Below, in pieces: positions 1-11,100 of a stretch of DNA of 39,509 bases (position 1 is its first letter; the number at the start of each line of letters is the position of its first letter). The notes beneath the pieces were generated by a model, which did no database searches, was not told where the DNA came from, and saw nothing but the letters and a program-made list of their open reading frames with translations. A program made the position numbers and the translations under genes. The stretch comes from Nemertoderma westbladi (Eukaryota > Animalia > Xenacoelomorpha), in NCBI GenBank assembly GCA_032718475.1, contig JAUCBJ010008946.1, positions 1 to 39,509 of the forward strand, in the 5' to 3' direction.

Positions 1-20
1 TGATGTAATGTATATCCGCC

Positions 21-191
21 ATCTCTGAACTTATTAAATTAAATTAAAGGAAGAACAGGAGTCAGTATGTCGTTAACATCAATTATCATCTCTGAACTTT
101 GGAGAAACGAAATTGCGACAACTATGGCGAATCGGGAAGCCTGGAAGGATCTCATTTCCACTGTCCGAGTTCGCTCGACTTAGTAGTAGTA
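21..191 (+). mobile_element. 5'-truncated RTE-clade LINE 3' end with (TAG)n tail
   Basis: Translates to ...LWRNEIATTMANREAWKDLISTVRVRST*, resembling the RTE C-terminal 'M.DR..W' motif, followed directly by tagtagtagtag. Flanked by an 11-bp direct repeat GTATATCCGCC at 10-20 and 192-202 (TSD). Confidence 0.75.
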
Positions 192-663
192 GTATATCCG
201 CCTAACCTAATCCTTTAACTTAATTGACGTACTGTTCTGTTGTTATGTAAAAGGTAGACCTAATCACATCAGATACTAATTAAAATAATGTCTTAATAAC
301 TAATTATATTCATTCATACAATAAGCAATGTAGCCAATTAAGGCTGTGATTGACAAATTAACCGCACAATTAATTAATTGACAAAACAAAAATCAAACTA
401 GTAGAGATCATATCCAAACCTGTATAAATATAAATAAACGCAACGATATAACTAACACATGTACGTACACTATATTAACTGTAGAGGGGGATACTGTCCC
501 TCCTGCGAAAAGCAAAATATATTTATCAGTATTTTAATTAATGTAACTTAAAGAAATTGAGCCTTGAGCAGGAATAAAGAGAAATACCGACCTCACTAAG
601 CGCGCGAGCTGGGGAAAGATCTTCTCTGTGCTGGGGGAAAGAGCGCGTAAGAAAAGGGGTAAG

Positions 664-3258
664 AGGGGGAAAGAAAAGGGGTATGGATCTATAAATAGCA
701 TCCAATGGGACGCCTCTATTTAACTATACCCATTCCTACATACCTACTTACACGTACCCTCCCACCCACCTAAGCACGTCGACTTAACTGCACCCACCCA
801 CCCACCTAAGCACAACTACTTAACTGCACCCACCCACCCTCCTAAGCACGTCTACTTAACCGCACCCACCCACCAACCTAAGCACGTCTAGTTAACCACA
901 CCCACCCACCTACCCACCTAAGCACATCGGCTTAACCGCACCCACCCACCCACCTAAGCACACTTACTTAAACGCACCCACCCACCCTCCTAAGCACGTC
1001 TACTTAACCACACCCACCCACACACCTAAGCACGTCTACTTACCCGCACCCACCCACCCACCTAAACACTTCTACTTAACCGCACCCACCCACCCACCTA
1101 AGCACGTGTACTTAACCGCACCCACCCACCCACCCACCTAAGCACGAATACTTTACCCACACCCACCCACCTACCTAAGCACACCAAGTTAACCGCACAC
1201 ACCTAAGCACATCGACTTAACCGCACCCACCCACCTAAGCACGTCTACTTACCCACACCCACCCACACACCTAAGCACATCGACTTAACCGCACCCACCC
1301 ACCCACCTAAGCACGTATTCTTACCCGCACCCACTCACCTACCTAAGCACAACTAGTTAACCGCAACCACCTAAGCACATCGACTTAACCGCACTCACCC
1401 ACCCACCTAATCACGTATACTTAACCACACCCACCCACCCACCTATGCACGTATACTTACCCACACCCACTCACCTACCTAAGCACACATAGTTAACTGC
1501 ACCCACCTAAGCACATCGACTTAACCGCACCCACCCACCCACCTAAGCACGTCCACTTACCCGCACCCACCCACACACCTAAGCACATCGACTTAACCAC
1601 ACCCACCCACCCACCTAAGCACGTATACTTACCCGCACCCACTCACCTACCTAAGCACACCTAGTTAACCGCACCCACTTAAGCACATCGACTTAACCGC
1701 ACCCACCCACCCACCCACCTATGCACGTATACTTAACCACACCCACCCACCCACCTATGCACGTATACTTACCCACACCCACCCACCTACCTAAGCACAC
1801 CTAGTTAACCACACCCACCCACACACCTAAGCACGTCTACTTACCCGCACCCACCCACCCACCTAAACACGTCTACTTAACCGCACCCACCCAGCCACCT
1901 AAGCACTCCTAGTTAACCGCACCCACCTAAGCACATCGACTTAACCGCATCCACCCACCCACCTAAGCACGTATACTTACCCGCACCCACTCACCTACCT
2001 AAGCACACCTAGTTAACCGCACCCACTTAAGCACATCGACTTAACCGCACCCACCCACCCACCCACCTATGCACGTATACTTAACCACACCCACCCACCC
2101 ACCTATGCACGTATACTTACCCACACCCACCCACCTACCTAAGCACACCTAGTTAACCACACCCACCCACACACCTAAGCACGTCTACTTACCCGCACCC
2201 ACCCACCCACCTAAACACGTCTACTTAACCGCACCCACCCAGCCACCTAAGCACTCCTAGTTAACCGCACCCACCTAAGCACATCGACTTAACCGCATCC
2301 ACCCACCCACCTAAGCAGTAAGCACGTCTACTTACCCGCACCTACCCACCCACCTAAACACATCTACTTACCCGCAACCACCCACCCACCTAAACACATC
2401 TACTTAACCGCACCCACCCACCCACCTAAGCACGTGTACTTAACCACACCCACCCACCCACCTATGCACGTATACTTACCCACACCCACCCACCTACCTA
2501 AGCACACCTAGTTAACCGCACCCACCTAAGCACATCGACTTAACCGCATCCACCCACCCACCTGAGCACGTCTACTTACCCGCACCCACCCACCCACCTA
2601 AGCACGTCTACTTAACCGCACCCACAAACCAAACTAAGCAAGCACGTCTACTTAACCGCACCCAACCTCCCCTACCCCTACACACCTAACTACCCGCACT
2701 CACCTACCCCTACCCACCCTCCCTCCCTCCCACACCCTATTTACCCGCACCGACCGCCCGAACCTAACAAACACACCCACCCCTACTTTTTCTACCTTAT
2801 TCAGACTCCACGGCAAACATTCTCGGAGCAATCATGCCGTACCAGAAATTTACAAAAACGGAAAGCAGGGACAGTTTTCGCAAAACGTTTTTTACAAGAA
2901 CCGTTTTTTTGATAATCGTTTCCTATCAAATAATGCTAAGTATTTACATCCTAGAACATTCGATAACTATTGTAAATTATTGTAATTAATAGGTAGGTTG
3001 TTTTTTTTACCATATATTATTAAATAAATGTGAGATATTTAGTGCAGTTAGTTTAATTATAATATCGTAAACATCACTGCACAAAAACGCATTTTACACA
3101 CCATCTTTAAAACATTACCTTTATTCGCATGCGAAAATAAGGGTTATGCCAGAGCCAGCCTAGAGGCCAAGCAAGGTACCGGTAGCCGTAGAATGCAAGA
3201 AGCTAGAAGCTTCCTATTGGGTGCTATTTTTAGATCCTTCCCACTTTTCTTACCCCCT
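664..3258. mobile_element. Putative non-autonomous inverted-repeat element carrying an internal minisatellite
   Basis: 48-bp imperfect inverted repeat, 664-711 (agggggaaagaaaaggggtatggatctataaatagcatccaatgggac) versus 3211-3258, 40/48 identical by eye, bracketing the tandem array. True termini and TSD not identified. Confidence 0.5.
760..2665. repeat. C/A-rich minisatellite, about 36-bp unit (28-40 bp variants), with higher-order repeat
   Basis: Consensus CGCACCCACCCACCCACCTAAGCACGTCTACTTAAC; unit length varies with the number of ACCC 4-mers. Block 1621-1968 is repeated at 1969-2316 (348 bp). Degenerate C-rich tail to about 2790. Confidence 0.97.
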
Positions 3259-3298
3259 TATCCGTGCCACCACTGGTTCAGCCAAACAACCCAGGCAG

Positions 3299-3495
3299 CT
3301 CCGTAGCCCATCATTGTTCCAATTCTTCCGGTAGGCTATCATTACGGCTCTCCTAATTTGTTTCAAATTTGTTTCACTGGCATACTTAACATTGTTCCAA
3401 TTTTTTGAGCTCCGTAGCCCATCATTGTTCCAATTCTACGGTAGACTATCATTACGGTCCTCCTAATTTGTTTCAAATTTGTTTCACTGGCATAC
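3299..3495. repeat. Two-copy direct repeat (about 110-bp period)
   Basis: ctccgtagcccatcattgttccaattc...ctcctaatttgtttcaaatttgtttcactggcatac occurs at about 3299-3385 and 3409-3495. Confidence 0.85.
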
Positions 3496-3770
3496 ATAGC
3501 ATTGCAGGTAGGACACCATTACGTGGCTCCTAATATGTTTCAATTATGTCCCAATTTTGTTTCAACTAACAGAGACATACTAGTGGCAGTACGCGCGCTC
3601 AGAAATGTAAACAAAGACCGTAATGCATTGCGCGGTTTTCCATAGGCCTCTGTCCAACATAAAGTGAAAATCGCTCTGATTCGCTGAATAGGCAGAACAA
3701 AGAGGTTCCACGTCTACAGGAAATCAGCTGACAGATTTCGTCATCTGAGCTCCAATCTTTTAGAGTATTA

Positions 3771-3950
3771 TGCGCATTGCGGAAAAATGACTTGTTATGT
3801 CCACAAAAGCACCTACACTGCGCATTGCAGGAAAAATGACTTGTTATGTCCGCAAAAGCTTTTACAAAATCAAATATCGGCGAATTAATATCTCATCTCG
3901 GCGACTTAATATCTCATCTCGGCGACTTAATATCTCATCTCGGCGAATTC
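3771..3950. repeat. Short tandem repeats (about 48 bp x2; 21 bp x3)
   Basis: tgcgcattgc(a)ggaaaaatgacttgttatgtcc(a/g)caaaagc twice, then ggcga(a/c)ttaatatctcatctc three times. The latter explains the LISHLGD repeats in ORF 3846-4082. Confidence 0.9.
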
Positions 3951-4502
3951 ACAATAATAACAATAATTAAGGGTAGGCCTAATAGAGTTGGTTACAGTGG
4001 GCTGGGCACGTTATTATATTCTAACCAAAATGTTATTCCCTATTGGTACATAGGTAAGATAGCGCTGACCGCTCATCAATAAAAAAAGAAACTAACAGTG
4101 CCGTTAATCTAAAGCACCATTATATTCTCTACTGTAGGTGTGCTATAAATGAATTCATTTTGACTTCGTAAGTAACCTTACCATCATCATACGGAAGGAT
4201 ACGCCGATATCGGCACTGTACTGTAGGTAGTATGTGGGCCTACAATAAATACTTGTTGTATTAACCAGATTAGACGCTGATAATCCTGCAGTTAAATACT
4301 AAAATACTAATACTAAAAATAATTATTGCATTTTTGGCCGAATCACGATTTTTAAGCCAAAAGGCAAATTGTTGACGTAACCATTGTGGTTCTCTCTCGG
4401 GGAAAATACCACACCCTGGTTTGCCATTCCACTGGGTGGTTGTCGCAGTGGAGTCAGATATGAGGCCCATCACCCATACCTATTCTGACGCACATAACCC
4501 AC

Positions 4503-4774
4503 CATTATTACTACTACTAGGATCGGCATGCTGCATTGCAGCTGCATTTTTAAGAAGGCTGTGCTGGCTTATCGACAAAATTGCACCGCCACAACTCCCT
4601 ATCACCCATGACATTTGCTAGATCATCCGCATCTTTAAGGCCAGTGTCCTTTAAGATGCGTCTCAAAAAAGTCATGGGCTGTCCACCATGCTTATTCACT
4701 CCATGAGGCTGCCAAAGTACAAGATTATGCACTGGCTGGTCCTCACGGCGAAAGCAATGTCCTGCAAAGCGGAG
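4503..4774 (-). mobile_element. RTE-clade LINE, 3' portion (split by LTR element)
   Basis: Minus strand reads LRFAGHCFRREDQPVHNLVLWQPHG...GGQPMTFLRRILKDTGL...LANVMGDRELWR (typical RTE C-terminus), then a short 3' UTR and (TAG)n(TAA)n tail at about 4504-4519. Joins in frame to 16700 across the GCGAT TSD (..EQNR|LRFAGH..). Confidence 0.92.
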
Positions 4775-4779
4775 GCGAT

Positions 4780-6012
4780 TGTAAAAGCTTCTGTGGGATA
4801 TAACTGGCCCTTTTGCTTCGCAATCCAGTTTCCCCCCAGGCGCTGGAATACTCTAAAAGGCTCTCTAACTATATATATGTTCCCCTCGCCCGCAAGGTAC
4901 CGTTATAGGTGTTTTAACGGACATAAAAGTCATTCTTCTATATACGTGCTTTGGAGGACATGGTAAGGCAAAAAACCCGCAATGCACCAAATACCCTTAC
5001 ACAGCTTAGCCTTGATGATTCAGATTGCGACATCTAACAGCTGGTTGCTGACATGGAAACGGCCATTGGACACATGGTTCTTTGTTTAGCTTAAGCCAAT
5101 CAGAGCGATTTTTTCTGTCGATGTGGAGATATTCGGCCGATGATACTAGGAGTGTTCAGTCTTACTGTTTTTGTGATACTGTTGTGTTCCTTCTATCTAG
5201 GCCAGGAACACCGGCTCTAGAGTCAATTCTTTTCAGACTTTAGAAGAAACATTAGTAGGCTTAAGATTATAGAGCGTATAACTGTTATCGGTCCAGTCAA
5301 ACAGTGTTACCATCTTAACCTACCGTCTTAATGCTATTTACTGTTGTGTTTTGGTTGAATATTATTATTTGGAGAACATTTATAAAGAACCCAAATTTCC
5401 CAATTTTCTTGATACACTACAGGTTAGAGAGACGGGTTATATATAGCGATTGCGACTTATATTGTTGTGGTTTGTAGTGAATTTAATGCTATTTGATAAG
5501 CACTACATGAGTCCGTTGCTGCTCTCTTTATATATGATAAAATTCATTGACGGTCGGCAAATTAGTGAGCAGTATTGTGTGTTACCGGTAGTGTGCCTGA
5601 TTGTGACTGATAACTAAGCATTTCCTAAAGAATGCGCCTCATACGTGAATCATAAGCCTTACCGACTTACCGTTGTGATTAGTATAAGTCATATCTCTGT
5701 TTACCTAGATAGAGCGCCACGTCCTAAAGGAACTGTTAATATTTCCCGAAAGTGAATAATATTAGTCAGAAATTAATTATTAACGATCAATCGAATAATA
5801 CAGTAAGCTTAAACTGCAATAATAATCTAAGTCCTCAGAATCCAGTCTCCCGGGTATATCCAGCGGGTGAATGGACGCGCACTAGGCTGGCTTCTGCTAA
5901 TGTTGTGTTTATTGGTATTAAATATTTGTCAACTTCTAAAGTCTGTTTATAAACCAAAAGACATATAAATTTTGGCAGGTTAAACTGCTAAAGGTCTTCA
6001 AAAGCGCGTACA
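4780..6012 (+). repeat. 5' LTR (1233 bp)
   Basis: Begins TGTAAAAGC, ends GCGCGTACA. Near-identical to 15462-16694, with 4 substitutions spotted by eye. Confidence 0.97.
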
Positions 6013-6360
6013 ATAACAGTTATTGTCTTTATTGCAGTAAGCAATAAAGTTGAAAGTACCGGTCGACCGGTAAACCTGAACCGGTACTTCTGTAGGTCAG
6101 TAGGCCCAACTGTCCTAACCGGTACTTCCAGTATAAGTACATTAGTATTGTTCGATTTTGATTATTGTATACCGGTAGGTCTCGATATTAAATCGGGGAC
6201 GCCTGGTTTTTATTGGGATTTTACTTAGGTCTATTTCTGTCAGTTTTATTTCCTAGTAAGTTAATATTGAGCTGAAGACGTGTAAGTCTGCTCAGATTGT
6301 TCAGATAACTGTAGGCCGGACTGTTGTCGGATTGTTGTTGGGTTTGGAGAGATTACGGCG

Positions 6361-6825
6361 TGTGTAGAGTTTGTCCGATAGAGTGCCAGTTAGTAAGTTG
6401 GGGCAGCCATAGCTGTAAGGTCAATCCCCTCTTAAAGAATAAGTCGTACTACCGTGTTAGAACGCATACTAACTAACCATTTTGGAATCTGCACATACTG
6501 TAGTTTATTTAGGCTTGACAGTATTCTGCCAGCGTTTTGGCCTGTGTTTGTTTGTGTGGTCTGTTCAGGTACCGTAATAGCTATTACTCAGATATTTTGT
6601 AGGCTGGATTGTTGTCTAGCTATTATTAGGTCTGAAGAGATTGCTGCTTGTGTAGAGTTTGTCTGATAAAGTGCCAGTTAGTAAGTTGGGGCAGCCATAG
6701 CTGTAAGGTCAATCCCCTCTTAAAGAATAAGTCGTACTACCGTGTTAGAACGCATACTAACTAACCATTTTGGAATCTGCACATACTGTAGTTTATTTAG
6801 GCTTGGTGGTAGTCTGCCAGCGTTT
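6361..6825. repeat. Direct duplication (288-bp period) in the retrotransposon 5' leader
   Basis: tgtgtagagtttgtc...ctgtagtttatttaggctt at 6361-6516 and 6649-6804, nearly identical. Further degenerate repeats of about 120 bp (ataccggtat...) lie at about 7810-8060. Confidence 0.9.
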
Positions 6826-8186
6826 GGTTTGGATTTTGTTTGAGTATTCTGTACGGGTAGCGTAATATTTATTATTCAGAGTTTATGCGATTATTCGCAA
6901 CATTCCTATCCCTAAGTTTATTCCTACAGTAATTGTGTTTGTTACACATACCGTTATAGTTAAATTAACCCCGGTACTACACGGGCTGCTTGGCGTAGGA
7001 AAAGACTGGTGACTTTGTGCTTCGGTCACTCCAGCAGATGCCGTGGTTCTTTTAACTGTTCAAGTATATTTAACTACTGATTATTTGTTGTATCAGTACT
7101 TGTACCTAATTTAGGGTTTAGTGTACAGTGCTTTCCGAAGTAATTAGTGTGTAGGCAGTATATTTGTGTTGTAAAGTGGTTAATAGGCACGTTGGATCTG
7201 GTAGTCCGCGGTAATTAACTTCCAGGTAGGAACACTCCGTGATACATAACGTAGTACCTATAGCGATACGGCTATAGGTCGTCAGGCGGTGGTATTTTCC
7301 TATCTGGACAGTGCAATATATTTACTACTACTTATTATTTTCAAATACCGTAGTACCCTGTCCGTTGTAATAACCAGAATTCTAACCCTTTGTTAGGCTG
7401 GTTTGTAGACTTCCTGTAAAATTACCCTAAAAATTTCGTACGTAATATTTTGTTGTGTTTAATTAGAGATTTAATCTCACCCGTATCGTAAGTAATTTGT
7501 AGTATTAAGTAACTTAGGTAAATTAGAATTATCTGTTTTAGTGTCCAATAAGTAGCACTCCACTGAGAGCGCACAGCTTCTGTGTAGTGACTCCCCCCAG
7601 AAATAGTAACATCTATTTCAATATTGTAACAAAACCCCTCATAAGGGTACATATAAATCCACTAAATCTATTAATAAAATAGTAGGCCTGTTATACAACA
7701 CTTAGGTCTTAATATCAGTTGGACTGCTGCTCAAATAACGGTAATAAAGTAAGTAAAGTAACCAAGTAACCCCTAACATTCAGAAATTCAATTATTTTAA
7801 AATAATTGACATACCGGTATTTACAATAGGCTTATTATATTTATTCTATAAAATTAGGCTGAAATCATACCGGTACTCTGTAATTAATTCTAGTCCAGAA
7901 TTATACTTATATACTATAAGTGTAAGCTGCATACCGGTATTCACGATAGGCCTATTATATATTTATATAAATTTGTGCCAAAATTATATACCTGTATTCT
8001 GTGACAAAACTAGTTTACAATACTTATATATACTATAAGCATACCGGTATTCTAATATATTATATATATATCACGCTACACTGAGTAGCAGTATCGGTAA
8101 TTAATTATTAGGCTAACAGTGATACTGAATTACTAGACTTGCTTTAGCTGTAATATAGCAGCAGGCATTCAACTGTACAATCAAAC

Positions 8187-11100
8187 ATGGCTGACACAAG
8201 GCAAACTCTGTCAGATAGTCTCCTAGAAACAACAGCCTGTTTCTCAGATCAAAGTGTAGAGAATCCCAGACCGAGGTCTGAAAACCCTCATACTGTAAGA
8301 AGGGCAACCCCTGCAGTGGTTGTGTCAGAACCTAGGTTGGTAGAAAAGATTTCGCAATTTGCGAAGTTAGTGAAGCGCCGTTGGTCTGCCATAGGTACTC
8401 GGGCCCAAGTCAAGCGGGATCAAGAAGAAGCTATAAAACAGCAGCAACCTCCTAGCCAAGAACCTAGTTCTCAGCGGCCCGATAGCTCCAGTAGTTCGGA
8501 TACTGTTGAGCGGACGCCCGAACGCGGAGCGAAGATGGCGGATACGGTTTATGATGAGCGGCCAACCTATGAAGAATCAACCGACGCCACTTCTTCTCAA
8601 GTGGAAAGTGAGGTGGAAAGCGAAGTGGAAAGCGAATTAACAGCAGCAGAGAAGCCGCGAACTAGAGACGCCATTGACAGCTATCTGTCAGACTATCAGC
8701 GATTCATAGGAGACGAAGAGTTGAGGAGACGACTGTCTGGACTTCGCCCTAATAGTGAAGGAACCAAGCTTGTGTTGGACGCAATCGATGCGGAAATGTT
8801 AGCTGCAAACCAAGCTAAATTTGATGAAAAACTCCGCCTCGTTAGAGTCCAAGAAGAACAAGTAAAGAAAAGACGGATAGAGGACCGAAAGGCAGCAGCA
8901 GTAGCAGCGGCGAAAGCGGCAGCGGCAGTGGAAGAGGCAAAAGCGGCAGCGGCACTGGCAGAAGCAGAAGTGGAAAGAAAGGCAGCAAAGGCAGTGGCAG
9001 AAGCAGAACGGAGAGCGTCTGAGGAGACTACCCAACTGGAGTTGGAATATCTGCAAGAGACGCAAGACAACATAAATAAACAGTTAACTGCTAGTCACAT
9101 GCAGATGATGAGAAGATCTACTCCCAAGCGCCAAGGATACACATCATCGGAGGAAGGCGAAACCACCGATCCTGAAGGCAGAGGAAATAGATCTCGTCTA
9201 AGCAGGCGTAGAAAAACATCTCACCGTCACAAATTGCCTGATTTGCCCCCAGCGGTTAGAAGACAACTAGCTAGCACAGACTTAGGTAGTACAGAACCCA
9301 CAGAACAAATTATTCAGGTCAAAGGACTCCCTACCATAGTTGATGAGCCTGAAATAATTAGGCCTATCGTTCCCAAAGCCACTTCTGTGCTAGAGACCCC
9401 TGTACTTCCAGAGCTTAACTCTAAATTCCCTCTACACAGTACTACACTGCCTGTACCCGGTAGAACAGTCCATGAGAATATCCCTGTCCTGGAAGCTGAG
9501 AGAGAAGTCAAAGATTTGTCTCCCGTCGTCCCACGTCAGCCCGCTACAATGTTGGCGACTCCCGCTTCGGCGGTCGAGTGGGTAGAGGAGGGACGGCGGG
9601 GGATGAATCTCCTGCTCGGACAGATGCAGGAGACTGTCCACCAACTTAAGGGAACAGTAAGGGAAGGTAGGGCAGAATTGCAAGAAGTGCAGCAAAGTAT
9701 CGCGCTAGAACGCGACAAATTAGTCAATATACAAAACGGTATACCAATACCCCCAGTAACATTGTGTCAACCTGTTAGGTCTGAAGTATTACATGCGCAA
9801 GGTGTGGAGCCTACACGCATCTATACTGCTAGTGAAGTAGAAACTCCTATAGCAAACCCTATTAAGGGTGATTATAAACCTGTTGTAAATGATATTCCCT
9901 ATAGACCTGATAATAATCCGAGAAATTTATATACCGATAATTCGATATTAAATAACACGATGGCCCAAGAAAGCTTTACGCGTCAGATGGCTAGAACAGA
10001 AGCCCGCCAAGCGGTCAAAGTGGGAGAGATCGTCAAATTCAATGGAGATGAGATGAAATGGTTACCTTTCAATGAATATTACAAAGATAGCATACAGAAT
10101 TCTGTACTATCTAACGGAGAGAAACTTAGGTTCCTCATCAAGTGTTTGGAAGGACCTCCCAAGTTAATGGCGTTAAAATTTATTGGACATCCAGAAGGAT
10201 TAAGACAAGTTTGGGATACATTAAACATCAGGTATGGTAACAAGGATAACATAGCTAAGTATTTGTATGCAAAATTAGTAGCCCCCCGACACTTCCTTAG
10301 CAGCGGGATTATAGAGTTTTCCGATGAGATTCAGGAGATCTGTAGACAATTGGACTGGTTAGGTAAGTCTCATGAATATCAGAGTTCCATGGTTATTGGA
10401 GCAGTAGTCTCTACTTTACCAAAGGGTGGAGTATGTACGCGTTGGGACAAGAAAGTGTTGTACATGAATGAACAACAACGACGAAGCCCTACCATGGCTG
10501 ATCTCATGTCCTTCTTAGATGGTGAGGTAAAACTACAACTCATAAAGCAGTCCAGAGAGAAAACATCGGAAAATAAGGTAAGTGAGAAACCCGTTTCTAG
10601 GAGAAGGATAATACCAGTGTGTTATACTGACGACGGCGAAAGCCAAGCTTCTCAAGAAGAGGACAGCAGGAAAGACACAGCAAAATCTTACTATGACAAC
10701 AAGACCTATAAAGACGTAAGTAAATACAAGTCTCGAACCAGTGACAGGAGAGAACAGGTAACAACAACTCCTCCTACGTCTCCTAAGAGAATTCACGGAA
10801 GAAAGCCCGAAGAAAGAACGAGAGTGCATAACGTTACCCAAGGTAAGGTGAGTAACATCAAACCAAAATGTGCGCTGTGCGACGGGCCCCACCGTTTGAG
10901 TGCGTGTGCTGAATTTCTAAAGAAATCCCTTGTAGACAGACGTACAGTCCTGTGGAATAAGCGGTTATGCTATAATTGCCTCAGATCAGGACACCAACGG
11001 CGAACCTGTTACTCCGACGTAAAGTGTGCAAAGTGCGGTGCGAAACATCACATCTTGTTACACAGTGAATTCGAACGAAACAACCCGAGTCAGGTAAGTG

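Noticed and set aside
760-2665. CRISPR-like array (about 36-bp periodicity)
   Set aside because: No unique spacers; the variable cores are short and recur; eukaryotic TE context with no cas genes.
3846-4082. ORF with LISHLGD repeats
   Set aside because: Product of a 21-bp tandem repeat; no protein family features.
5752-5952. Duplicated 66-aa ORF (also 16434-16634)
   Set aside because: Lies within the LTRs, starts with GTG, and its duplication is explained by LTR identity.
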